This document shows positions 55,556-64,000 of a stretch of DNA of 64,000 nt, piece by piece. Source of the stretch: Puniceicoccaceae bacterium. Lineage in GTDB: Bacteria > Verrucomicrobiota > Verrucomicrobiia > Opitutales > JAFGAQ01. Under the pieces are notes generated by a model. The model did not search any database and was not told where the DNA came from. It saw only the letters and a list, made by a program, of their open reading frames with translations. The DNA is taken from positions 897,399-961,398 of the forward strand of contig JANQOQ010000008.1 in assembly GCA_028285755.1 (NCBI GenBank). Reading direction: 5' to 3'. The first letter of the stretch is position 1. Every line of letters starts with the position of its first letter. Position numbers and translations under genes: made by a program.

Positions 55556-58056
55556 CCTTTCTTAACGTGGGCGAAAAACTGTTGTTCGATAGACTTTGAG
55601 AGGGCTTCAAGCTCATCCATTTGGCGTTCCAGGAAACTCACGAGGCTGTCTTTTTCTATCAACTCCCCATCCTTGAATAAGGTGTTGGGTTCGATGAAAG
55701 CAAAATCGTTGCTGAGTCTGTTGTAACTGATGAGTACTTCACTCAGCAGGTCGGCTTTCGGATCAATACCCGGTAGAGCAATGATGTGTTCGCCAATTTT
55801 ATCGATGTTAAACTGGATGCTGCGGGGGTTCATGCCATCCTTCATGAGCAGATCTATGATCGCAAGCGGATGAAAACTATTCAGATAACGATTCTTGTAG
55901 CTAATGGTACTATCGGAATACTCGAGTAGATAGAGTATTGTGTTTTCATTATAAATATCACCGATCTTCAGGCATTCACTCAGGAAACTGTTTAAATTGA
56001 AAGTACGCTCGATGCGCCTGCCAAGCATTAGAAAGTGCCAGCTTGGGCTACGCACCATATTCTCAGCCGTCATCCCATAGAAGGCCGCCAGCCAATCGAG
56101 GGCATCTTCAAGGGCTTCAATATTGCGCTCATGGATGAGAGTGCTTTGCCCGGGATCATGAATGATTTCGGTATTCTCCATGTAGCTGAGTATCTGGGCC
56201 GTATCTACTGACAAGCGTTCCTTTACGCTATTGGCTATGCGGTGGATATGATTGAATCCGGCCTTGAGGCTGTTCCAGCAATCCGGATCCCACACATATT
56301 GGCGGAGCATATCATCCAATGTATCCAGTAATTTGGCAGGATCCTGGATTTTGTAAATCTCTTCATATTCCTCTTCAGTAACCAGCAGGGAAATGAATGG
56401 GGCCAGAGAATGAACGGTTTCCAATTCGAACTGTTGAGTGATTTTGGAGAGGATAATGCGCAATTGACGGGCGAGGGACTCCACGCGCTCTACATAGCGA
56501 CCCAACCATAGCATGTTATTGGCAGTTCGGCTGGATAGGTCAATCTGTGGAGGTTTCAGCTTAATGCTACCATGCAGGGTAGCGGACTGTGCACCCCGCT
56601 TTTTCTGGCCTGTTTCATCCAGTATCCAGATGTCCTTACTCAGTCCTCCATGCTGCATGGACACATTCATCGATTCCGGTGAGGGGGCAATCCGCGCCAA
56701 CCCTCCGGGTAATAACTTGTAGCTGCCGTTGGTTCGTGCCAGGTATACTCTGACCAGAAAGTGATGGGAGTGTATTCCCGAATCGCTGTATACGGGTGCA
56801 GTCGCCTTGGATACGACTTCCTGTGCGCAAAAGCTTTCCGGCCGCTTTTGAATTTGCTGCACCAGCTGGTCAGTTTCATCCTTGCTCAGAGTAGGTCCAA
56901 ATATGGCGGGTGTAATCTTTTCGCGGAAGGTACGTTTAATGACCAACTTATTGATATTCTCAATGACGTATTTGAGCTCCCTGGGTTGACCGCACCACCA
57001 GGTGGCAACCGATGGAATCTTGAGACCTTCGCCTCGGAAATATTCGCACAGACTGTTTAGGAATGCAGGGAATGCCACTGTTTCCATCAATGCAGAGCCG
57101 GGCATATTGGATACACTGATGGTCTTTTGGCGGAGTGCATTGATAAGGCCGGGGGTGCCAAGCATTGATTCATTGCGCAACTCAAGGGGGTCACACCACT
57201 CACTATCAACCCGGCGTAGTAATACGCTCAAGGGTTTAATACCCGTTAGGGTTTTTAAATAAACGGTATTATCTCTCACGGTAAGATCCGCGCCCTCGAT
57301 CAATGGAATACCGAGATTTCTGGCAAGGAAGGACTGGTCATGATAGGTTTCATTTGCCGTACCGGGCGTCAGGAGTGCCAGACTCAGTGTTTCACTGTCG
57401 GGGGGTGCTAGTCCCTTCAGCGAATTGATGTAAGTATCGTAAAATGGGCGAAGCGAGCTTACACGATCATCCCGAAAGAATTCCGGCATCACTCGTGAGG
57501 AAAGCGAGCGGTTTTCCATCACATAGCCCAAGCCGGAGGGGGCTTCGATACGGTCACTCAGTATCCACCATTTGCCATCCGGCGATCTCGCAATATCCGC
57601 CGCATATAGATGGATGGAAGTTTCACTGTGTTCGATACTTGCGCAAGGTCTCAAAAATGCGGGATTGGCATAAACCAGGTAAGGGGGGAGTTGACCCTCG
57701 TGGATGAGCTCCTGTCTCCCATAAAGGTCCTGATAGATCTGATTCATCAGTTCTGCGCGCTGCTGCAGTCCCTGTTCAAGGTTTATCCAATCACTTTTAC
57801 TGAAGATCAGGGGCAATAAATCCATGATCCACCGCCGTGTTTCTCCCTGATCTGAGTAGACATTATAGGTGATACCATTGTCAGCGATGATCTTGTCCAG
57901 CAGCTGTTTGCGCTGCACAAGCGCATCCGGGGAAATCTGCTCAATGCGGTTTGCAAAGTAGGACCAATTGTCGCGTACGTTACCCTGAGTATCGACAAGC
58001 TCGTCATAATCACCTCCCGAGGGTGTGTAGCCATAGAGTATCGATTGCTCAGTCAT
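55552..58056 (-). CDS. fusion of circularly permuted ATP-grasp domain and alpha-E domain
   Basis: 834 aa. The N-half is paralogous to the 479-aa ORF at 62419 (GKWWILSDRIEAPSGLGYVMENR; LLTPG...FLARNLGIPLIEGADL; LLRRVD). The C-half opens with RTANNMLWLGRYVERVESLARQ, like the alpha-E ORF at 61403. Confidence 0.85.
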   Translation of the reverse strand: MTEQSILYGYTPSGGDYDELVDTQGNVRDNWSYFANRIEQISPDALVQRKQLLDKIIADNGITYNVYSDQGETRRWIMDLLPLIFSKSDWINLEQGLQQRAELMNQIYQDLYGRQELIHEGQLPPYLVYANPAFLRPCASIEHSETSIHLYAADIARSPDGKWWILSDRIEAPSGLGYVMENRSLSSRVMPEFFRDDRVSSLRPFYDTYINSLKGLAPPDSETLSLALLTPGTANETYHDQSFLARNLGIPLIEGADLTVRDNTVYLKTLTGIKPLSVLLRRVDSEWCDPLELRNESMLGTPGLINALRQKTISVSNMPGSALMETVAFPAFLNSLCEYFRGEGLKIPSVATWWCGQPRELKYVIENINKLVIKRTFREKITPAIFGPTLSKDETDQLVQQIQKRPESFCAQEVVSKATAPVYSDSGIHSHHFLVRVYLARTNGSYKLLPGGLARIAPSPESMNVSMQHGGLSKDIWILDETGQKKRGAQSATLHGSIKLKPPQIDLSSRTANNMLWLGRYVERVESLARQLRIILSKITQQFELETVHSLAPFISLLVTEEEYEEIYKIQDPAKLLDTLDDMLRQYVWDPDCWNSLKAGFNHIHRIANSVKERLSVDTAQILSYMENTEIIHDPGQSTLIHERNIEALEDALDWLAAFYGMTAENMVRSPSWHFLMLGRRIERTFNLNSFLSECLKIGDIYNENTILYLLEYSDSTISYKNRYLNSFHPLAIIDLLMKDGMNPRSIQFNIDKIGEHIIALPGIDPKADLLSEVLISYNRLSNDFAFIEPNTLFKDGELIEKDSLVSFLERQMDELEALSKSIEQQFFAHVKKG

Positions 58057-58082
58057 AAAGCAAAACCATACGACGACTTACT

Positions 58083-61000
58083 TTACTTAATCGAGGAGAA
58101 TCTTCTTAAATCCAGTGTATTTGGAAAATCGATGGACTCCTTTTCCCGTGGTGCCTGAGTGTAGCCACCGGGGGTATGCCCCCGAGCCTCAAAGCGACTC
58201 AGCCGACGGCTTTCCGCTTCATAGGCGTTCACGGGGAAAACCTCATAAGCCTTACCGCCAGGGTGGGCTACATGGTAGCGGCAACCGGCGACCGGGCGCA
58301 TATTCCACGTGTCCAGTAGGTCGATGGTAAGGGGCGCATCAACGGGGATCGTGGGGTGCAACGCAGAGGCGGGTTGCCAGGCGCGGAACCTTACGGCTGC
58401 GACGTATTCCCCCTGCTTGCCGGTGTTCTTCATGGGGATTTTGCAGCCGTTGCAGCAAAGTATGTAGCGATTGCTGTTAAAGTTCTTGGCTTTCACTTGG
58501 ATGCGTTCGAGGGAAGAATCCACGAAGCGCACGGCTCCACCGGTGCTACCTTCTTCACCCATTACGTGCCAGGGTTCCAGCGCCTGGCGAATGTCCACTT
58601 CAATATCCTTATATTGAAACGTACCATAATAGGGAAAGCGAAACTCAAGGTGGGATTTAAACCAATCTCGCTCCACTGGTATGCCAAACGAATTCAGGTC
58701 ATCCAGCACTTCCATGAAATCCTCCCATATATAGTGAGGCAGTAGCATGCGGTCGTGAAGATCAGTGCCCCAGCGCATCAGCCGGAGCGGTGTGTAGGGC
58801 TCTATCCAGAATCGGGTGACTAAAGCACGGATTACCAAATTCTGAGCGAGACTCATGCGCGCATTGGGTGGCATTTCAAAAGAGCGGAATTCAACGAGCC
58901 CCAGTCGCCCATTCGCCGCTTCCGGGTTATACAGCTTGTCGATGCAGATTTCAGCACGGTGGGTATTGCCGGTTATATCCACCAGGAGATTCCGGAAAAT
59001 ACGATCCACGAGCCATGGCGGACAAGGCGTGGGTGTATTTTTTACCTCTTCAAAGGCGATTTCCATCTCATAGAGTGCATCATCGCGGGCTTCATCCAGG
59101 CGAGGGCTCTGGCTGGTTGGGCCTATAAACAATGATGAAAATAGATACGAAAGCGAAGGGTGGTGATGCCAATATGCGACCATACTTTGCAGCAGATCCG
59201 GGCGCCTTAAGAAGGGAGAATCCTCGGGTGTTTTTCCACCCAGGATGATGTGGTTGCCCCCACCTGTGCCCGTGTGGCGTCCATCGAGCATAAATTTATT
59301 GGTGCCCAACCGGCACAGGCGCGCATCTTCGTAGATACTGGATACAATGTAAGTGAGCTCCTTCCAGCTTTCAGCGGGTTGGATATTTACTTCAATAACT
59401 CCCGGGTCGGGCGTCACGCTGAACATATTGATGCGCGAATCCTTAGGTGGCTTTTCCCCCTCGATTACCACGGGGTAGTCTAGTGCACCGGCAGTCGCTT
59501 CGATTGCCGAAAGCAGCTCCAGATAATCTTCGAGACTACTAACCGGAGGAAAGAATATAAACAGCTTACCGTCCCGGGGTTCTATACAGAGTGCGGTGCG
59601 GGCCGTTACATTAGGATTGTCCGGCTGTCTGGGCTCATCTGCTTCCTTACTTTCGAGGCTTTCTTCGGCGAGTTTACGAAACTGTCTGACCTTTTCAACA
59701 GTATCAAACAGTGGGTTTTGTTGTACGATACTGGGGTCCTGTTGAACGATGTAAGGATAGTCATTCTGGCGAATCCAGGGGAGGGTTTCCAGTGGCAGTC
59801 TCAGGCCAATAGGGGAGTCGCCGGGAGTCAGATAAAGATTGGGCTGGCGGATATCCCAGGGTGTGCTGGTCCAGATGTGTTTTGCCTGCCAGAGTTTCTG
59901 CAGGGGCAATACCCAACCTTTGGGCACATCAAGCCCTTCCTCAAAAAGCTTCGCAAGTCGCTCCCGTTCCTCGCTTTGCCTGAGTTTGTTATCGATCGGG
60001 TCGACGTTCACCGGCAGCTTTCGCTCTTTCCAGAGGTAATACCATGTATCCTCATAGGCGGGCATCAAAGTATCGACGCGCACTTTGAGGGTCTTTGCGA
60101 GCGTCTGGGCAAACTTTTTAGCTTCATCGGGACCGAAGCCATAATCTTTATCAATTTCAGCTAGCAGGCGTTTATTATTCCATAGCGGCTTACCGTCTTT
60201 GCGCCAATAACAGGAGAACGCCCAACGCGGCAGGGGTTCACCCGGATACCATTTGCCCTGCCCATAATGCAGAAACCCCTTGGGAGCAAAACGCACCCAC
60301 ATTTTTTTAAGCAGTTGCTCGGAAAGCGCCTTTTTCTGGGGGCCCACTGCCTCAGTATTCCACTCGGGTCCGTCCATGTTATCGATGGATATAAAGGTGG
60401 GCTCACCACCCATGGTCAGGCGAATATCATGCTCTTCTATAAGCTTATCAACCTGATCTCCGGTTTTCAGTAGCCGCTCCCAGGCATCATCCGAGTAAGG
60501 CTTTGAGATGCGCGGCACTTCAGCAATCCGGCTGATGGACATGTCGAAGTTAAACGCCGTTTCGACTTTCTCCAATGCGCCGGATATGGGTGATGCAAAT
60601 TTTGGCTCGGGGGCGCAGGCCACCGGAATATGCCCTTCCCCCGCAAGCAGGCCGGAGGTGGGGTCGAGCCCAATCCACCCGGCACCCGGTAGGTAGACTT
60701 CTACCCAGGCATGCAGGTCAGTAAAATCAGCTTCCGGTCCGGAAGGTCCATCCAGAGACTTTTCATCGGGTGTTAGTTGGAGGAGATAGCCGGATACAAA
60801 ACGGGCCGCAAATTTGAAATGCCGTAGTATATGAATGAGCAACCATGCCGTATCCCGGCATGAGCCGGTTCTTTTCTTTAGCGTCAGGCTGGGAGTCTGA
60901 ATGCCCGGCTCCATGCGAATCGTGTAGCCGATATCGTTTTGGAGTTTTGCATTCAGCGATACCAGAAAATCGATGGTTTTCTCCTTGTCCGTGTCAATCT

Positions 61001-61400
61001 CCGTTATGTATTCGTTGAGTAGCTCGGAATACAGGGGTGTTTTGAGGTAGGACTCCAGCTCCTTCTCCATGGAAGCTTCGAGCTTTCGTTCGTGGTATTC
61101 CTCGTAGTCCGGCTCCAGAAAGAAATCGAACGGATTGTATACGGACATTTCTGCCACCAAATCCACCTCGATCTTAAACTCCTTAATGCGCTCCGGGAAA
61201 ACGATGCGCGCTAGGTAGTTCGAGTAGGGGTCCTGCTGCCAGTTAACGAAATGATCCTTGGGGCTGACTTTGAGCGAATAGCTTAGAATTGGTGTGCGAC
61301 AGTGTGGAGCGGGTCGCAGACGGATAGTCTGAGGGCCTAACTTTGCAGGCTTCTCATACACATAGTGGGTGAGGTGGTGGATGGCAGCGTGGATAGCCAT
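58083..61400 (-). CDS. large transglutaminase-family protein (Bact_transglu_N + transglutaminase core + DUF2126-type C-terminal region)
   Basis: 1105 aa with N-terminal AIHHLTHYVYEKPAKLGPQTIRLRP and a core triad context RTGSCRDTAWL, LHAWVEVYLPGAGWIGLDPTSG. A conserved extension of about 800 aa follows. The DUF2126 assignment is from memory and needs an HMM check. Confidence 0.8.
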   Translation of the reverse strand: MAIHAAIHHLTHYVYEKPAKLGPQTIRLRPAPHCRTPILSYSLKVSPKDHFVNWQQDPYSNYLARIVFPERIKEFKIEVDLVAEMSVYNPFDFFLEPDYEEYHERKLEASMEKELESYLKTPLYSELLNEYITEIDTDKEKTIDFLVSLNAKLQNDIGYTIRMEPGIQTPSLTLKKRTGSCRDTAWLLIHILRHFKFAARFVSGYLLQLTPDEKSLDGPSGPEADFTDLHAWVEVYLPGAGWIGLDPTSGLLAGEGHIPVACAPEPKFASPISGALEKVETAFNFDMSISRIAEVPRISKPYSDDAWERLLKTGDQVDKLIEEHDIRLTMGGEPTFISIDNMDGPEWNTEAVGPQKKALSEQLLKKMWVRFAPKGFLHYGQGKWYPGEPLPRWAFSCYWRKDGKPLWNNKRLLAEIDKDYGFGPDEAKKFAQTLAKTLKVRVDTLMPAYEDTWYYLWKERKLPVNVDPIDNKLRQSEERERLAKLFEEGLDVPKGWVLPLQKLWQAKHIWTSTPWDIRQPNLYLTPGDSPIGLRLPLETLPWIRQNDYPYIVQQDPSIVQQNPLFDTVEKVRQFRKLAEESLESKEADEPRQPDNPNVTARTALCIEPRDGKLFIFFPPVSSLEDYLELLSAIEATAGALDYPVVIEGEKPPKDSRINMFSVTPDPGVIEVNIQPAESWKELTYIVSSIYEDARLCRLGTNKFMLDGRHTGTGGGNHIILGGKTPEDSPFLRRPDLLQSMVAYWHHHPSLSYLFSSLFIGPTSQSPRLDEARDDALYEMEIAFEEVKNTPTPCPPWLVDRIFRNLLVDITGNTHRAEICIDKLYNPEAANGRLGLVEFRSFEMPPNARMSLAQNLVIRALVTRFWIEPYTPLRLMRWGTDLHDRMLLPHYIWEDFMEVLDDLNSFGIPVERDWFKSHLEFRFPYYGTFQYKDIEVDIRQALEPWHVMGEEGSTGGAVRFVDSSLERIQVKAKNFNSNRYILCCNGCKIPMKNTGKQGEYVAAVRFRAWQPASALHPTIPVDAPLTIDLLDTWNMRPVAGCRYHVAHPGGKAYEVFPVNAYEAESRRLSRFEARGHTPGGYTQAPREKESIDFPNTLDLRRFSSIK

Positions 61401-61402
61401 GT

Positions 61403-62404
61403 CTAAATCGTTGTTTGCTTTTGCTCCTGGGCAGGATCAATGATCGGAAAGAACATATACGCGTTATTCAGTTCGATCGCGATTTTAGTAATAGTTCTGT
61501 GGATATGATCGAGTAGATCATCCAGGCCGCGTTCAAATATTTCGTTGACTGAGGAATAAGTGAGATCAGCAATCAGCTTTCCGCAAAGTCTCTCGGCTTC
61601 GTTGGAGTAATGCGTGGTCGGGCAATCGGAAATTGCGTGTATGTGAAATTGGAGTTTCGTTGCCGAAAAAAGGATCGAGCGCGGGAATTCCCGCGAGAGT
61701 ACCAAAAATTCGATAACGTTCTTTGGGATAATATCGGTTACGTAGATTTGCTGATAGACTTCCTCAGCACTGCATGCACGCAGGACCGACACCCATTGGG
61801 CGATTGCGAGAGGGTTGGTTTCATCCTTTTCTGCCCATTCTGCGTCCATCAGCTGCTTGGCCTTTAGGATTTGTCCGGTTTTATCTGCACGTTCGAGGAA
61901 CATTCCAGCCTTGATAAAGTCAAACCCATCTCCATGCAGGAAAGTGGAATCAGTTACGCCCTGAAAGAGGTTCGAATACTCCCGGATTTCTTTGTAAAAA
62001 TCATGAGGTCCGCTTTTCCAAATCTTTTTATGATCCGCCCGCTTTAAGTTAAGGTAGAGGCGATTGATGATTTCCCACATGTCCTCCGATATCTGATCAC
62101 GAATCATGCGCGCATTTTCGCGTGCGAATTTGATACAGGAGAGTACCGAGCTCGGGTTTTTGTCCGAGAAAGTGAGGAAATCCATTGCGGTCTCACTATT
62201 CAGCTCGTCGTAATTTTCTTTAAATAAGCCAAGGTCACCCGTGCTTGCGATGATCGGTTTCCAGAAGCTTTCGATGCTACTGGTAGAGGTTCGATCGGTT
62301 TCCAAGAGTATTTGCAGGTTAACATCCAAGAGCCGTACGGCGCTTTCTGCGCGCTCGATATAGCGGCTCATCCAAAAAAGTGAATCTGCAACGCGACACA
62401 ACAT
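61403..62404 (-). CDS. alpha-E domain protein
   Basis: 333 aa, all-helical, opening MLCRVADSLFWMSRYIERAESAVRLLDV. It follows the ATP-grasp gene after a 14-nt gap. Confidence 0.8.
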   Translation of the reverse strand: MLCRVADSLFWMSRYIERAESAVRLLDVNLQILLETDRTSTSSIESFWKPIIASTGDLGLFKENYDELNSETAMDFLTFSDKNPSSVLSCIKFARENARMIRDQISEDMWEIINRLYLNLKRADHKKIWKSGPHDFYKEIREYSNLFQGVTDSTFLHGDGFDFIKAGMFLERADKTGQILKAKQLMDAEWAEKDETNPLAIAQWVSVLRACSAEEVYQQIYVTDIIPKNVIEFLVLSREFPRSILFSATKLQFHIHAISDCPTTHYSNEAERLCGKLIADLTYSSVNEIFERGLDDLLDHIHRTITKIAIELNNAYMFFPIIDPAQEQKQTTI

Positions 62405-62418
62405 GGCTCAGTGTTTTA

Positions 62419-63858
62419 TCAGGTATCTCCGTAGAGCACCCAGGTGTCCTTACTGCCACCTCCTTGAGATGAATTCACGACAAGCGAACCTTTTTTAAGC
62501 GCCACTCGTGTGAGTCCCCCCGGCATAATCGATACCTTTTCGCCATAGAGAATATAGGGGCGAAAATCAATGTGGCGCCCCTCAAAACCCTTATCACACC
62601 AGGTAGGATGTCTGGACAATGAGATTGGGGTTTGTGCAATGTAATTACGCGGATCTTTTTGAACCGCCTCCTTAAATTGGGCGATTTCCTTTTTGCTGGC
62701 GTGGGGGCCAATCAAAATCCCGTAACCCCCGGATTCATTGGCAGCCTTGATGACCAGCTTGTTCATGTTCTCGAGGATAAATTCCAGATTATTGCCCTCG
62801 GTTGGCAGCCAGGTCTCCACGTTGGATAGAATAGGATCCTGATCCAGATAGTACTTAATGATCCGTGGAACAAATGCATAGATCACCTTATCGTCCGCAA
62901 CGCCGGTACCTATTGAGTTTGCCAGCCCCAGGTTCCCCTTGCGATAGGCTTCGACCAATCCGGGCACACCCAGCACGGAATCTTTGCGGAATACCTTGGG
63001 GTCGAGAAAATCGTCATCTACGCGCCGGTAGAGCACATCCACGGGTTTGAGCCCCCGGGTGGTACGCATGTATACTTTATCATGCCGTACAACAAGATCA
63101 CGCCCCTCCACGATATCCACACCCATCTGTCGCGCAAGGAAGCAGTGCTCGAAGTAAGCGCTATTGTAAACACCTGGGGTTAATACGGCAATCACAGGCC
63201 CATTATGATTTTCCGGAGCAATATGTTGGAGCACTTTCAGAAGGTGTTTTGAATAATCCAGATTTGTGCGTACTCCCGCTTGTTGAAAAAAGTTGGGAAA
63301 TGCTCGCTTAAGGGCCTCCCGGTTTTCGAGCATATAGGATACTCCCGAGGGCGACCGTGCATTATCCTCAAGCACCAAATATTCGCCCTGGTCGTTGCGA
63401 ATCAAATCCGTGCCGCAGATGTGGATGTAGATATCCTTGGGTACATTGACACCCCTGAACTCAGGCCGGTAGTGTTTCGCACTTTCGATAAAGTGGGCCG
63501 GTATGATTCCGTCCTTAATGATTTTCTGCTCGTGGTAGATATCCTTCAGGAAGAGATTGAGTGCAATAATCCGCTGCTCGAGGCCCTTGGATATGTGCTG
63601 CCATTCTGTGTTAGGAATGATGCGGGGCACCAGATCGAAAGGAAAAATCTTTTCGGTACCTTCCTCATCTCCGTACACGGTAAATGTGATCCCCTGCCTC
63701 AGAAATGACAGGTCAACCGCTTCTCGTTTCTGAAAAAATTCTTCAGTGCTCAGCTCGCTGAGTCTCGCATAGATATTGCGATAGTGGGGCCGAACGGTTC
63801 CATCCGCCTCAAACATTTCATCGTAAAAGGAATCCGTTTTATACGAATCAAACTTCAT
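62419..63858 (-). CDS. circularly permuted type-2 ATP-grasp protein
   Basis: 479 aa with [80 protein letters not shown] and [15 protein letters not shown]. Confidence 0.85.
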   Translation of the reverse strand: MKFDSYKTDSFYDEMFEADGTVRPHYRNIYARLSELSTEEFFQKREAVDLSFLRQGITFTVYGDEEGTEKIFPFDLVPRIIPNTEWQHISKGLEQRIIALNLFLKDIYHEQKIIKDGIIPAHFIESAKHYRPEFRGVNVPKDIYIHICGTDLIRNDQGEYLVLEDNARSPSGVSYMLENREALKRAFPNFFQQAGVRTNLDYSKHLLKVLQHIAPENHNGPVIAVLTPGVYNSAYFEHCFLARQMGVDIVEGRDLVVRHDKVYMRTTRGLKPVDVLYRRVDDDFLDPKVFRKDSVLGVPGLVEAYRKGNLGLANSIGTGVADDKVIYAFVPRIIKYYLDQDPILSNVETWLPTEGNNLEFILENMNKLVIKAANESGGYGILIGPHASKKEIAQFKEAVQKDPRNYIAQTPISLSRHPTWCDKGFEGRHIDFRPYILYGEKVSIMPGGLTRVALKKGSLVVNSSQGGGSKDTWVLYGDT

Positions 63859-63877
63859 CGTTTATAGTTATCCGCAA

Positions 63878-63920
63878 ATTTTATGCCGTCTTGGTTATTG
63901 GTTAACATTCACTAAGTGAA
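63878..63920 (-). promoter_or_regulatory. candidate promoter/operator region of the ATP-grasp operon
   Basis: The minus strand reads TTCACTtAGTGAA (a perfect 6-1-6 palindrome, 63920-63908), then TAACCAA-TAACCAA (tandem 7-mer, 63904-63891). A possible -35 TTAACC (63905-63900) is followed by 16 nt and a -10 TAAAAT (63883-63878), about 20 nt before the ATG at 63858. Confidence 0.3.
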
Positions 63921-64000
63921 CGGCAATATTTATTGTACGAATCCTCCTGCCCACTTGATGAAGTAGACGCATATGTTTGCGCTGGCGTGGCTTAGGAAAC

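Noticed and set aside
53970-63858. Looked for an Anbu-type proteasome homologue or a small precursor-peptide ORF associated with the ATP-grasp/alpha-E/transglutaminase genes.
   Set aside because: No proteasome-like ORF is present in or next to the operon within the window. The inter-gene gaps (2-26 nt) leave no room for a small peptide gene. The region upstream of 63858 is only 142 nt before the window ends, so an upstream partner cannot be excluded.
1-64000. Scan for CRISPR arrays, tRNA/rRNA genes, IS elements/transposases, toxin-antitoxin pairs and classic defence genes.
   Set aside because: By eye there are no regularly spaced repeats, no cloverleaf-like or rRNA-like regions in the few intergenic spaces longer than 100 nt (2131-2253, 30369-30503, 40310-40417, 53855-53969, 63859-64000), and no transposase or Cas motifs in any ORF. 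This is a by-eye negative and should be confirmed with tRNAscan-SE, Infernal and a defence-system finder.

Overview
This is a gene-dense chromosomal segment with about 60 CDS and very little non-coding space, from a flagellated Gram-negative bacterium. The gene content (Cys-type sulfatase, ABC-2/GldG/DUF4340 module, short RpoD-like sigma factor, many starts without a clear Shine-Dalgarno) makes me guess the PVC superphylum, Verrucomicrobiota-like. That is inference only. Left to right the window holds: a truncated class-III aminotransferase; an RpoD-like sigma factor; trpE, pyk and an MBL hydrolase. Next comes a long plus-strand run of ABC-2 permease, GldG-like protein, DUF4340-like protein, an 881-aa anchored envelope protein and accB-accC-asp23-amaP-like-thiE. 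Then follow a PhoR/PhoB-like two-component pair, an IMPDH-family protein lacking the CBS pair, and menC-menE. A motility-regulation block follows (sigma-54 activator, CheX, REC-pseudoREC-STAS protein), then a sulfatase, comM and an FkbM methyltransferase. The flagellar block is flgF-G-A-H-I-J-N-K-L plus a Sel1-repeat protein. After it come an AI-2E transporter, DUF192/SRPBCC/RfaH-like genes, an M24 peptidase, an Ada-like protein, an HNH endonuclease and xerD-ydbH-ynbE-ydbL. The last part holds a solute-binding protein, a glycosyltransferase, an epimerase and an MCP. The window ends with a six-gene operon (53970-63858, minus strand) built from circularly permuted ATP-grasp, alpha-E and transglutaminase modules. 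I saw no rRNA, tRNA, CRISPR array, IS/transposase or prophage genes. The ATP-grasp/alpha-E/transglutaminase operon is the most system-like and least understood element, and it is my top candidate. The family is known from comparative genomics but, to my knowledge, has no demonstrated biochemistry. Other items worth a second look are a 56-aa YnbE-like lipoprotein gene missed by the ORF track inside a ydbH-ynbE-ydbL lipid-bridge operon, a REC-pseudoREC-STAS regulator, an orphan RfaH-like NusG paralogue, and the accBC-Asp23 linkage. All family assignments come from motif recognition by eye and need profile searches to confirm.
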